This document shows, one piece after another, positions 1 through 8,762 of a DNA stretch of 64,000 nucleotides. The notes beneath the pieces are model-generated. The model was not told where the DNA came from and searched no databases. It saw only the letters and a list, made by a program, of their open reading frames with translations. The DNA comes from an uncultured Gemmatimonadales bacterium (GTDB lineage Bacteria > Gemmatimonadota > Gemmatimonadetes > Gemmatimonadales > GWC2-71-9): NCBI GenBank assembly GCA_963779755.1, contig CAVZZO010000003.1:1568001-1632000 (forward strand). The letters run 5' to 3'. Both the position numbers and the translations under genes were made by a program. Position 1 is the first letter of the stretch. Every line of letters starts with the position of its first letter.

Positions 1-205
1 TCCGCTCGACCTTGCCCACGTGCACGCCGGCGATGAGCACCGGGACGCCCACTTTCAGGTTGCCCACCTGGCCGAATCTGATGTGGGTGTAGTTGCCGGA
101 CCCCAGCGTCCGCCCGCTGAGCCAGACCGACCCCGCGATGAAGAGCGCGATGGCGATGATCACCAGCGTCCCGACGGTGACTTCCTGCCTATAGCGCAAT
201 TCCAT
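1..205 (-). CDS. mlaD: MlaD/MCE family protein, N-terminal part (runs off window start)
   Basis: Manual translation from ATG at 205: MELRYRQEVTVGTLVIIAIALFIAGSVWL...GNLKVGVPVLIAGVHVGKVE. Single TM anchor plus MCE motif, downstream of mlaE/mlaF. Confidence 0.85.
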   Translation of the reverse strand, partial: MELRYRQEVTVGTLVIIAIALFIAGSVWLSGRTLGSGNYTHIRFGQVGNLKVGVPVLIAGVHVGKVER

Positions 206-962
206 GCTTTCCGCTCCCGATATCGGCGTGGTTGAAGTCGCGCTCCAGGAATTCCATCACCTTCGGATGCCGCGAGGCCATAAACTCCTGCGGCGTGCCC
301 TGCTGGATGATCTTGCCGCCGGTGAGCAGCGCCAGCCGGTCGGCGGTGCGGAAGGCGCCGCGCACGTCGTGCGTGACCATCACGCTGGTCACGCCCAGCT
401 TCTCGGCCAGGCGCTTGACCAGCTCGTCGATCACGTCGGAGTTGACCGGATCGAGCCCCGAGGTCGGCTCGTCGTAGAGCAGATATTTGGGCTGGCCCGC
501 GATGGCGCGGGCGATCCCCACCCGTTTCCGCATGCCGCCCGACAGCTCCGCCGGATATTTCTGCGCCACGTCGGGAGCGAGGTTCACCAGCTGCAGGCAC
601 TCGACCACCCGGCCGCGGGCGAACTCCTCATCGGCGTACTGGTGTTCATCGCTCATGCCGAGGCGGATGTTCTCGAACACGTCCATGGAGTCGAACAGCG
701 CGCCGTTCTGGAAGACGTAGCCGATATGGGTGCGCAGCTCGGCCAGCTGCTTGCGCTTGAGGCGGCCCACATTCTGGCCGTCCACCAGCACCGTGCCGGA
801 ATCCGGGTGGATGAGCCCGATGATGTGCTTGAGCAGCACGCTCTTGCCCGTGCCGGAGGGGCCGAGCAGGGCGACCGTCTCGCCGTCGTTGACGATAAAA
901 TCCACACCGTCCAGCACGACCTGCTCGCCGAAGCGCTTGTGAACGTCGCGGAGCTCGATCAT
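189..962 (-). CDS. mlaF: ABC transporter ATP-binding protein, MlaF/Mkl type
   Basis: Walker A GPSGTGKS, LSGGM signature, YDEPTSGLDP; lies between mlaE and mlaD. Confidence 0.9.
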   Translation of the reverse strand: MIELRDVHKRFGEQVVLDGVDFIVNDGETVALLGPSGTGKSVLLKHIIGLIHPDSGTVLVDGQNVGRLKRKQLAELRTHIGYVFQNGALFDSMDVFENIRLGMSDEHQYADEEFARGRVVECLQLVNLAPDVAQKYPAELSGGMRKRVGIARAIAGQPKYLLYDEPTSGLDPVNSDVIDELVKRLAEKLGVTSVMVTHDVRGAFRTADRLALLTGGKIIQQGTPQEFMASRHPKVMEFLERDFNHADIGSGKHGIAL

Positions 963-1744
963 CCGTTAAGCAGGATCTTGGCCAGCAGGGTATCCAGCAG
1001 CAGGATGATCACCGAGCTGGAGACCACCGCGCCGGTGGTGGAGCGGCCCACCCCTTCCGCCCCCTGCTGCGTGGTAAAGCCCATGTAGCAGGAGATGAGC
1101 GTGATGGATGCCGCGAAGGCGAAGGCCTTGATCACCGAGTAGTAGGCGTCGAAGCCGCGCCAGAAGGTCCGCGCACCGTAGATGAAATCCTGGTCCGTCA
1201 TGGGCAGCACGGCCTGCACCGCCTTCCAGCCGGCGATGATCCCGGTGACGTCGGCGAAGATGACCAGCACGGGGATCATGATGAGCCCCGCCACCACGCG
1301 CGGCACCAGCAGGTGGGAGGCGGGCGAGCGGCCCAGGCTCTCCAGCGCGTCGATCTGTTCGGTCACCCGCATGGTGCCCAGCTCGGCGGCGTAGCGCGCG
1401 CCGATGCGGCCCGCCAGAATAAGCCCGGTGAGCACCGGCCCCAGCTCCAGCACCACCGACTCCACGATGACCCCGGCCAGGAAGTAGATGGGGATGGACC
1501 CGGTGAACTGATAGCCGGCCTGGAGGGCGGTGACCGCCCCGGCAAACATCGACACCAGCAGCACGATGAACAGGCTGCCGACCCCGATGTTCCACGCCTC
1601 CTCGAACATCCGGGGCACCCAGATGCGCACTTCGCTGACCCCGCGCACCAGCTCCACCACCATGAGACTGAAGCGTCCCATCTGGGCGGAGGCCGCGAGC
1701 GTGAACCGGCCGACAAAGCGGGGCAGACGAAGCAGTGCGTTCAT
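959..1744 (-). CDS. mlaE: MlaE family ABC permease
   Basis: ELGPVLTGLILAGRIGARYAAELGTMRVTEQIDALE and GAEGVGRSTT motifs. Start placed at ATG 1744 (MNALL). Confidence 0.9.
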   Translation of the reverse strand: MNALLRLPRFVGRFTLAASAQMGRFSLMVVELVRGVSEVRIWVPRMFEEAWNIGVGSLFIVLLVSMFAGAVTALQAGYQFTGSIPIYFLAGVIVESVVLELGPVLTGLILAGRIGARYAAELGTMRVTEQIDALESLGRSPASHLLVPRVVAGLIMIPVLVIFADVTGIIAGWKAVQAVLPMTDQDFIYGARTFWRGFDAYYSVIKAFAFAASITLISCYMGFTTQQGAEGVGRSTTGAVVSSSVIILLLDTLLAKILLNG

Positions 1745-1787
1745 CCCTGGCTGACACCTCCCGAGTGGCCCTGTATCTTGAAGGCCC

Positions 1788-2771
1788 ATGGCCCCAAAGT
1801 CAAAGCCGCCCATTGCCGATAGCGCACCGCTCTTCCGCCGCCGGCTGCTGCGCTGGTTCCGCCGCCACGGCCGGGATCTGCCCTGGCGCCGCACCCGCGA
1901 TCCCTACCAGGTGCTGGTATCGGAGATCATGCTGCAACAGACCCAGGTAAGCCGGGTGCGCGACTTCTACCCCCGCTTCCTGGCCCAATACCCCAGCATC
2001 GAGATCCTGGCCGGCGCGAGCCCGCGCCAGGTGCGCGAGAGCTGGGAAGGGCTGGGCTACTACCGGCGGGCGGCCAACCTGCACCGGCTGGCGGGCGAGG
2101 TGGTGCGGGAGTGCGGCGGCACCCTGCCGCGTGAGGTGGACGAGCTGCGCCGCCTGCCCGGCATCGGCCGGTACACGGCGGGGGCGGTGGCCTGCTTCGC
2201 CTATGAGCTGGCCGAGCCCGCGGTGGACACCAACGTGGCCCGGGTGCTCCGCCGCGCCTTCCATCCCCGGCTACGCGCCCGGGGCGCCGAGCGGCGCCTG
2301 TGGGACACCGCCCGCCGCCTGCTCCCGCGCAAAGGCCCCCCGGCCTGGGCCTTCAACCAGGCGCTCATGGAGTTGGGGGCGGTGATCTGTACGGCGCGGA
2401 AGCCGGCATGCGAGAGGTGCCCGGTGGCGGGGGTATGCAAGACTGGGAAACGGGAAAAGGGAACGGGTCTAAACAGGGAAACGGCGCTGATCAATTCCCC
2501 TTTCCCGTTTCCCGTTCCCCTTTCCCCTTTCCCCTTTCCCGTTTCCCGTTTCCCGTTTCCCGTTTCCCGTTTCCCGTTTCCCGTTTCCCGTTTCCCGTTT
2601 CCCGCGCTCACCGCGTATATCGCATCATCACTCCCGCCAGCAAGGCCAATAGCGCGAGGGTGCCGGCAATGGAGGAGAAGACCCGCTGCCGCACGCGCAG
2701 GGCGTCGAACACCGCGGCGGCGGGACCGGTGGGGTCGATCCGGGCCAGCCGGGCCGACGTGGGCACGGTAA
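1788..2771 (+). CDS. mutY: A/G-specific adenine glycosylase. Recognisable protein ends near 2445; the ORF then reads through a repeat array.
   Basis: RDLPWR, VSEIMLQQTQV, WEGLGYY, HhH LPGIGRYTAGA, VDTNVARV, and Fe-S motif CTARKPACERCPVAGVC. Confidence 0.9.
   Translation: MAPKSKPPIADSAPLFRRRLLRWFRRHGRDLPWRRTRDPYQVLVSEIMLQQTQVSRVRDFYPRFLAQYPSIEILAGASPRQVRESWEGLGYYRRAANLHRLAGEVVRECGGTLPREVDELRRLPGIGRYTAGAVACFAYELAEPAVDTNVARVLRRAFHPRLRARGAERRLWDTARRLLPRKGPPAWAFNQALMELGAVICTARKPACERCPVAGVCKTGKREKGTGLNRETALINSPFPFPVPLSPFPFPVSRFPFPVSRFPFPVSRFPFPALTAYIASSLPPARPIARGCRQWRRRPAAARAGRRTPRRRDRWGRSGPAGPTWAR
2446..2604. repeat. Inverted pair of heptamer tandem arrays: (GGGAAAC)-like arm and (TTTCCCG)n arm
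   Basis: gggaaacgggaaaagggaacggg at about 2446-2483 and roughly 15 TTTCCCG/TTTCCCC units at about 2495-2604. Confidence 0.9.
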
Positions 2772-3072
2772 TGACCAGCACCAGCACGGAAGCGATCAGC
2801 CCGGCCCCCTGCATCACCATGAGCCAGATACTGGGCGCCGCGGCGGCGTAGGCCTGGTACATCTCAAAGGTGAGCATGACGCCGGTGAGCAGCGTGATGG
2901 CCGCGCCGGGCCCCACCAGGATCCGGGTGATGGCGGCCTGCAGCCGGGCGAACACGGCCAGGGCAGAGCGTTCCTCCTTCCGGCTGGCGATGGAGGCGAC
3001 CATCATGGCCAGCGCGGCCCCGATCCAGATCACGAACCCGAACCAGTGCAGGAACAGCATCGTCCGGAACAT
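2608..3072 (-). CDS. Hypothetical 4-TM membrane protein (DUF2269-like)
   Basis: Four hydrophobic segments with N-terminal FLH...WIG pattern; last gene of a tightly packed operon. Confidence 0.65.
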   Translation of the reverse strand: MFRTMLFLHWFGFVIWIGAALAMMVASIASRKEERSALAVFARLQAAITRILVGPGAAITLLTGVMLTFEMYQAYAAAAPSIWLMVMQGAGLIASVLVLVITVPTSARLARIDPTGPAAAVFDALRVRQRVFSSIAGTLALLALLAGVMMRYTR

Positions 3073-3504
3073 TTACGGCAGCCTTTCGCTGAATTCTTCG
3101 GGGTGGAGCGGATGGCGCCCGTCGAAGCCCGCATCCACCTCGTGCCAGTAGGCGATGCGTTCCTCGCCCAGGTGCCAGCAGAGAAACACCAGCCGGTCTT
3201 CCCGCAGGGTGTAGAAATCCACCAGGCCGGCCTCGAAGCCCTTGAACAGACACCCGACCTGGGTCAGCTCGCCCAGATAGAGATTGATGCGCTCCGCCCG
3301 GGTGGAGACTTCCTCCCGCGCCAACAGGAGCTCGGGGGTTTCGCCCCAGTCGGCGCGCGCGCCGCCGCTCAGCAGCTCGTAACGCGCCACCGCGGCGCGC
3401 CACCGGGGGTATTCCTCCTGTATGTCGCTCACTACCCGCGCCACCAGGGGCAGCGTCGACTCGGCTTCCTCCAGGGTGAAGATCCGCATGTCGCCCATGC
3501 TCAC
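3073..3504 (-). CDS. DUF2203 family protein
   Basis: FTLEEAESTLP, GLVDF, LCWHLGEERIAYWH and GFDGR motifs. Confidence 0.85.
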   Translation of the reverse strand: MSMGDMRIFTLEEAESTLPLVARVVSDIQEEYPRWRAAVARYELLSGGARADWGETPELLLAREEVSTRAERINLYLGELTQVGCLFKGFEAGLVDFYTLREDRLVFLCWHLGEERIAYWHEVDAGFDGRHPLHPEEFSERLP

Positions 3505-3908
3505 CCCCAGGCAATAGTGATCTCCGGAATCTGCTCCGGATGGCTGATGAACCCCAGCACACAGCCCGCGCCGTCCACCACCGTGATGGTGGGCCGCAGA
3601 TGCGATTCGCCGTCTTCCGGATCCATCCGCAGCGTGAAACCTTTCAGCTCCTGCTCCGGGCCCACCCTGCAGGTGTTCCGCCGCATCAGCTGGTCGGCCC
3701 GCACCTCCCGCGGCTCCAGGCCCGCGGCCAGGCAGCGGGTCACCAGGTCGCGATCGCTCAGCACGCCCAGGAAATGGCGGGTCCGGTGATCGTCCACTAC
3801 CGGCACCACCGACACGTTCCGGTCCCGGAAGAGAATGGCCAGCTCACTGGCGCGTGCGCCGGCCACCGCGACGTGGGGATTGGGGACCATGACTTCGGAG
3901 GCGAGCAT
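3501..3908 (-). CDS. CBS domain protein
   Basis: VPVVDD...LGVLSDRDL and VVDG...LGFIS CBS pair patterns. Confidence 0.8.
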   Translation of the reverse strand: MLASEVMVPNPHVAVAGARASELAILFRDRNVSVVPVVDDHRTRHFLGVLSDRDLVTRCLAAGLEPREVRADQLMRRNTCRVGPEQELKGFTLRMDPEDGESHLRPTITVVDGAGCVLGFISHPEQIPEITIAWG

Positions 3909-4021
3909 GCCAGGAGCCGCGATTCAGGATAGGGACCAGGAGCCAGGGACGCAGGGAATTCTAGGGCCCCCCCGGAGGACCGGGCAACCGGCCTGATTCC
4001 TGATTCCTGGTCCCTGATCCC

Positions 4022-4885
4022 TCATTTCAGCGCCTCCCGCGCCGCCTCGTACCCCTGCTCCCGGTACCATTCGCCCTCTTCCACTCTGAAGGTGGAGCCC
4101 CGGCGCACCGGCGGCCGTACATGCACCAGCCGCGGCCCGGCCGGCCAATGGGGACGCTGGAGCGCGGTATTGGCCGCCATGAGTATGCCGATCCCGGCGT
4201 CGTGGGCCCGTGCCAGCGGGGGCATGGCGGAATCGTCGTCGCCACCCATCTCGTCGAACCCGGCCCCGGTATCCACCGAGAATACCAGCTCCGGGCCCAG
4301 CGCCGCGGCCGGCTCCCAGGGCACCACCATCCGGAAGCCGCCGTCGATGTACTTGCGGCCGTTGCTGACAACCGGCGGATAGAAGAACGGCAGCGCACAG
4401 GTGGCGAGCAGCGACTCGATGAGGGGAACGTCGGGGCCCAGGTTCTCCCACTCCGCCATTCCCGATTCCCGATGCCCCGCTGCTCCGCGGATCGCGGCCC
4501 CCAGCAGCACCAGCCCCCCGGTCGCAAAGTCTACGGCGGTGACGGTGAGCGGCGTTTTCAGCTCGCCGAACCGGCGGGCGGGAATCAGCCGCTCGAAAGT
4601 GTCGCGCAGGGGCTCGACCTGAAACAGGGAGGGCGCGGTGAGCCCCCGGATGGCAAGCAGGGGCCGGGTGCGGGCGACGTCCTTGCGGGTGACCGTGGCC
4701 AGGGTACGTTCGATCTCCGCCTGCGACAGCCCGGTGGCATACATGGCGGCGATCACCGCGCCCATGGAGGTGCCCAGGTAGTGCGACGGCACGATGCCCG
4801 CTTCGGTCAGCGCGCGGTGGGCGCCCACGTGGGCGGCGGCCTTCACCCCGCCGCCGCCGAACACGGCCACCGTCCGCGGGCTCAC
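4022..4885 (-). CDS. Patatin-like phospholipase
   Basis: GGGGVK oxyanion loop, GTSMG nucleophile and DGG motif. Confidence 0.9.
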   Translation of the reverse strand: MSPRTVAVFGGGGVKAAAHVGAHRALTEAGIVPSHYLGTSMGAVIAAMYATGLSQAEIERTLATVTRKDVARTRPLLAIRGLTAPSLFQVEPLRDTFERLIPARRFGELKTPLTVTAVDFATGGLVLLGAAIRGAAGHRESGMAEWENLGPDVPLIESLLATCALPFFYPPVVSNGRKYIDGGFRMVVPWEPAAALGPELVFSVDTGAGFDEMGGDDDSAMPPLARAHDAGIGILMAANTALQRPHWPAGPRLVHVRPPVRRGSTFRVEEGEWYREQGYEAAREALK

Positions 4886-5343
4886 CGCCGCCGCGCCTCC
4901 CGGTTGGCCCGCGCATGCTCAAAACGCTCGCGCTCCTGGTCGGTCTCCGGAACGAGCCGGGGGACCCGCCGCGGCCGCCCCTCCTTGTCGATCGCCACGA
5001 ATACCACATGGGCCGTGTGGGTGTGTTTGCGCTCGCCGGTGGAGATGATCTCGCTGTACACCTCGACCGACACGTCCATCGAGCTGGTCCCCACGAAGTC
5101 CACCGCCGCCGCGCAGGTCACCAGCGCCCCGACCGGAATCCGCTCGCGGAAATCCACCCGGTCGATGCTGGCCGTGACCGCCGGCCCGCCGGCGTGCCGG
5201 ATTGCGGCGACCGCGGCCGCCTGATCCACCATGCTCATGAGATGCCCGCCGAACAGATCACCCAGCACGTTCTGCATGTGCGGCATTACGAGCGACGTCA
5301 GCTCCGCTCGACTGTAGGACATGGGGCGGGACTCGGGAATCAT
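4882..5343 (-). CDS. Acyl-CoA thioesterase (hotdog fold)
   Basis: NVLGDLFGGHLMSMVD, VTASIDRVDF, GTSSM and FVAID motifs. Confidence 0.9.
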   Translation of the reverse strand: MIPESRPMSYSRAELTSLVMPHMQNVLGDLFGGHLMSMVDQAAAVAAIRHAGGPAVTASIDRVDFRERIPVGALVTCAAAVDFVGTSSMDVSVEVYSEIISTGERKHTHTAHVVFVAIDKEGRPRRVPRLVPETDQERERFEHARANREARRR

Positions 5344-5504
5344 AGAAAAAACGAAAGGAGAAAAGGACTGGAGGACTGAGTGGTGTCACCGTGACAGAAC
5401 GTAGCGCGCTGAGCGATTTCAAGCCAACCGTGAACTCGAATTCCCTCGCTTGCCGTCCTGCCGTCCTGCCGTCCGCGCTCAGTCCCCAGTCCTCAGTCCT
5501 CTCT

Positions 5505-5870
5505 TTACTGGAGCACCGCCCGGGCCATATCGCCGACCGCGTCCGAGTCGGCCAGGCCGGCTGCCTGGATGATGGCGGCCCGATGCTTCTCCCGGTCCCA
5601 GCCGGCCAGGGTCTGCATGGCGAGCATCCGCAGATGATCCTCGGGGGAGAGGGCATGGGGGAACTCCCCCGTGGGCTGGAGCGGCAGCTCGCCCTGGAAG
5701 AGGAGGAACCGGTGGAGCACGTCCTCCGACTCAGGCGACCGGTCCTGCATCACCTGGTGAAAGGCCAGCTTCACCTGGTGCCAGGGATGCGGCAGCGGCC
5801 CGGCGTGCGGCTCGGGCCCGGCGGGGGAGACGCCCAGCAGCTGCCGGAGATACTCGTGCGCCTGGGACAT
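5505..5870 (-). CDS. Hypothetical protein
   Basis: 121-aa ORF starting 3 nt after the upstream gene's stop, with GC3-rich codons. Confidence 0.6.
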   Translation of the reverse strand: MSQAHEYLRQLLGVSPAGPEPHAGPLPHPWHQVKLAFHQVMQDRSPESEDVLHRFLLFQGELPLQPTGEFPHALSPEDHLRMLAMQTLAGWDREKHRAAIIQAAGLADSDAVGDMARAVLQ

Positions 5871-5873
5871 GGC

Positions 5874-7172
5874 TCAGGACATCCAGTAGAAGGCGAGCTT
5901 CGGCGCATCGGGCGGGATGATGCTGGTCTGCACGGTGATGCCGTTCTCTTCCGGCGAGCCGCCGGAGGACTGGGGCGGAGGCACCGCCCGGTAGAGGCGC
6001 CCCGAGACTTCGATAGTGCCCAGCATGTGATCCACCGCGTTCTGCAGGTAGGCCTCCTTGAAGTTCCCCAGCAGGTGCGTCGGCACCGGGGTCTTCCCCT
6101 GCACCTCCGGCAGGGCGAAACCGTCCAGCGAAATGGCCCGGTCCAGGAAGCAGGCATCGTACAGATACCAGGCGCCCTGGTAGCGGAGGAAGTTGACGCA
6201 ATGCCCGTCGGAGGCCACGCCGGGCGAGCCCCAGAACCGGTAGCGCCGCTCCGTCACGTCCTGCACCGGCGACAGGTCCACCGGCTGGGCGGAGACGTCG
6301 TGGAAGAGGCTGGGATCGTCCACCGGCTCGGTCCGGTTGATCCCCGGGTTCCGCACCACGATGGCGCACCAGCGCACATCGTGCTCCGCGTCGGCCGGCC
6401 AGGCCACCCAGAAGCTCCGCCGCTCCACCCGGACGCCCTGTACGCCCGCCATGGCCTGGAACATCCGGTACCAGCCGCCGCAGTAGCCGCCCTGCTTCTT
6501 CAGCATCTGGTGGACCGTCCAGGCCGGCACGGCATACTGCAGGCCCGTGGTACGCACCTTGGCGATGATGGCGTCGCAGATCGCCTTCTCGTCGGCGCAG
6601 CCGGCGGCCCAGTCGCAGGTCCAGCGCAGCAGCGGCTCGAAGACCCAGCGCCCGGCCACCGAGGCGGGCCGAGGCGCCCGGGCGGCCCGGTTGCTGCGAT
6701 GCCAGAGCACCGCCTCCACCGGCATCTTCCAGACGAGATAGATCAGATGGCTGCTGGTTCCGAGCGGCACCTCGCGGCTGCCGGCCCGGGCGGTCCATTC
6801 CCACTCCACCTGCACCGACCCGATGGCCGACGGCAGCGCGGCCTCCATCTCGAGTTCGCAGGGCGCCGAGCGGCCATCGGGGTTGAACTGGAGCCGCACC
6901 TCTCGCGCCGCGACCCCCGGGCCCCCCGTCCCTCGCGCCTGAACGGTCCAGGCGCCATCGTCCAGTCCGGCGGACCGGTTCAACACCACCCGGATGCGCG
7001 GGCGGGTCCCGCAGGGGTATGCGGCGGGGTCGGGACTGCTCCCCGCCCGCCACTCGGGAACGGCGCCCAGGAAACGCTCATCCCCGGGATCGCGGATGGG
7101 CACCGCCTGGTCGTTCTCCTGATAGGCGAACGCGATGCTCTGGATTGCCGGCGGTGGGCCGCTGCCTGCCAT
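5874..7172 (-). CDS. Hypothetical protein with a transglutaminase-like (Cys-His-Asp) domain
   Basis: GYCGGWYRMFQAMAGVQGV ... GHCVNF ... WYLYDAC has the order and spacing typical of TGase-like triads. Confidence 0.6.
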   Translation of the reverse strand: MAGSGPPPAIQSIAFAYQENDQAVPIRDPGDERFLGAVPEWRAGSSPDPAAYPCGTRPRIRVVLNRSAGLDDGAWTVQARGTGGPGVAAREVRLQFNPDGRSAPCELEMEAALPSAIGSVQVEWEWTARAGSREVPLGTSSHLIYLVWKMPVEAVLWHRSNRAARAPRPASVAGRWVFEPLLRWTCDWAAGCADEKAICDAIIAKVRTTGLQYAVPAWTVHQMLKKQGGYCGGWYRMFQAMAGVQGVRVERRSFWVAWPADAEHDVRWCAIVVRNPGINRTEPVDDPSLFHDVSAQPVDLSPVQDVTERRYRFWGSPGVASDGHCVNFLRYQGAWYLYDACFLDRAISLDGFALPEVQGKTPVPTHLLGNFKEAYLQNAVDHMLGTIEVSGRLYRAVPPPQSSGGSPEENGITVQTSIIPPDAPKLAFYWMS

Positions 7173-7205
7173 ACCGGACTCCGGTCGTGCGCTGAGGGAT
7201 CGTCC

Positions 7206-7282
7206 ATTGTAATACCGGCGCCGCCCCGCCGCCCGGGAAGAACCGGCACCTGCTTGACGCGGACCGTGCCGCTCCCTATATC
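7206..7282. promoter_or_regulatory. Divergent sigma70-like promoters
   Basis: Plus strand: TTGACG (7254-7259), 17-nt spacer, TATATC (7277-7282) upstream of the precursor. Minus strand: TACAAT (7211-7206) upstream of the TGase-like gene. Confidence 0.55.
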
Positions 7283-7365
7283 AGCCTACCGCCTTATCAC
7301 CGTTCCCTGCGGCGGGCCGGTTCTCCGGCCCGGGCGTCCCACCCTTTGCCCCCTGGAGGTCCCAT

Positions 7366-7560
7366 ATGTCCCGCTTTACCAGCAGGGATCTGATGGTCTC
7401 CGTCCTGCCGGAGGATGGAGTCGAGTTGATGGCCGGTCCCAAAGGATGCTTGAAAAACACTACCGGGTGCACCAACGTGACCAAAAAGCTGTACCCCGAG
7501 CTCTCCGGCCCGGACGACCTGGCCCTTCTGCAGGAGCAACTCACGCTGGCACAGCTGTAG
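7366..7560 (+). CDS. Putative lanthipeptide (RiPP) precursor peptide, 64 aa
   Basis: GGAGGT RBS upstream; central Cys/Thr-rich core GCLKNTTGCTNVT; first gene ahead of lyase-like and kinase-LanC genes. Confidence 0.8.
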   Translation: MSRFTSRDLMVSVLPEDGVELMAGPKGCLKNTTGCTNVTKKLYPELSGPDDLALLQEQLTLAQL

Positions 7561-7576
7561 GCTTCCGGGCGGAAGC
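7561..7576 (+). terminator. Stem-loop directly after the precursor stop (attenuator or mRNA stabiliser)
   Basis: GCTTCC-GGGC-GGAAGC hairpin with no U-tract. Confidence 0.4.
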
Positions 7577-7613
7577 GCCGATCCGTGCTTCCGCCCCTGT
7601 TCCTCCCTCCCCG

Positions 7614-8762
7614 ATGTCCACACTCCAGGAGTCGTTATTGCAGCGGCGATTCCGGGCTGCTTCCGCGTGGCGGATGGCAGCCTGGGACCGGTTGAGCCCG
7701 GGACGGCAGGCGTGGCTGCGTTCCTTCCGCGGCGATGACGATTTCTTCGGCATTCTGGAGCCCCGGGAGGCAGGGCCCGGCGTTCAGGCGATCTCCCGGC
7801 CCACCGCCCGGCTCTTCCAGCGGCTGGGGCGCCCAGCGCGCCTTCCCGCCGAGTTTCTCGAACAGGAAGGCGCCGCCGCCGCCCGCACCGCGGCCCGCCT
7901 GGTGCTGGACGGCGTCCTGGAAATCGAAGGCGACGGCGCCTTCGTGGGCGGACCGGCGGCGCATGCGGTCCTCTTCACCCCCACCGCGCCGGCCATCCCG
8001 CGCAGCGGAACGGCCCGGCTCTCCCGGGCCGCATTGCATTACGGCGAATCGCTGCGCCTGCGTGACGCTGCCCTGCTCGCTGCCCGGCTCTACCGGTTCA
8101 ATACCGAACCCGCGACCCCGCGCCTGCGCCGCGACCTCGGCGGCCGCGATGCGATTGGCCGGCTGCTCCGGAGCACGGGAATCTCCTGGGTGCAGAACCC
8201 GGCGCGCGCATGGCTCACCTGGGCTCCGCCGCGGCCCGGTCCTCCGGTCGAAGGGCGGCGCCACTACAAGCTCTACCTGAGCATCCCCGCCGCCCACCTG
8301 CCTGACGCGCTCCCGACCGCGCTCGGCGTCCTCCGCCGGGTGCCGGGTATCGATTCGGCCAAGCTGGGCGCAGACATTCCCGGCCTGATCCGGCCCGACA
8401 AGTTCGTGGTCTACTTTGCCCGCCGGCGTGACCTGCGCGCGGCAGCCCGGCTGCTGGCCCCCGCGCTCGAGGGCCTCCCGGCGCAGGGCGTTCCCTTCAG
8501 TGCCGGGCTGGAGCGCCGGGGCGTGCTCTCCTGGGGCGCCGAGCCGGCGGCCGACGAACCCGTTCCCGCGGGGTGGCAGGGCACCAGCTGGAGGACTCGC
8601 ATCGTCAGCCGGCTCGCCTCCGCGATGGCGGCGGCGCTCGCGCTGGACCACGCGCCTGTGCCCCCCTGGCGCTTTGCCCAGGACCGCCTGAGCCTCGACG
8701 GGGTCGATCCCAGGACCTGGACCCCAACCCCCGCCTTCCACTCGGACGGCGGCTCGCCATGA
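7614..8762 (+). CDS. HopA1/phosphothreonine-lyase-like RiPP modification protein, 382 aa
   Basis: Likely real start at ATG 7614 within the 5391-8762 ORF. Motifs YKLYLS, AKLG, RPDKFVVYF, SWGAEP, GVDP. ATGA overlap with the next gene. Confidence 0.65.
   Translation: MSTLQESLLQRRFRAASAWRMAAWDRLSPGRQAWLRSFRGDDDFFGILEPREAGPGVQAISRPTARLFQRLGRPARLPAEFLEQEGAAAARTAARLVLDGVLEIEGDGAFVGGPAAHAVLFTPTAPAIPRSGTARLSRAALHYGESLRLRDAALLAARLYRFNTEPATPRLRRDLGGRDAIGRLLRSTGISWVQNPARAWLTWAPPRPGPPVEGRRHYKLYLSIPAAHLPDALPTALGVLRRVPGIDSAKLGADIPGLIRPDKFVVYFARRRDLRAAARLLAPALEGLPAQGVPFSAGLERRGVLSWGAEPAADEPVPAGWQGTSWRTRIVSRLASAMAAALALDHAPVPPWRFAQDRLSLDGVDPRTWTPTPAFHSDGGSP

Noticed and set aside
5391..7613. N-terminal 741 aa of the 1123-aa ORF
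   Set aside because: Antisense shadow of the genes at 5505-7172 and overlaps the precursor; the plausible gene starts at 7614.
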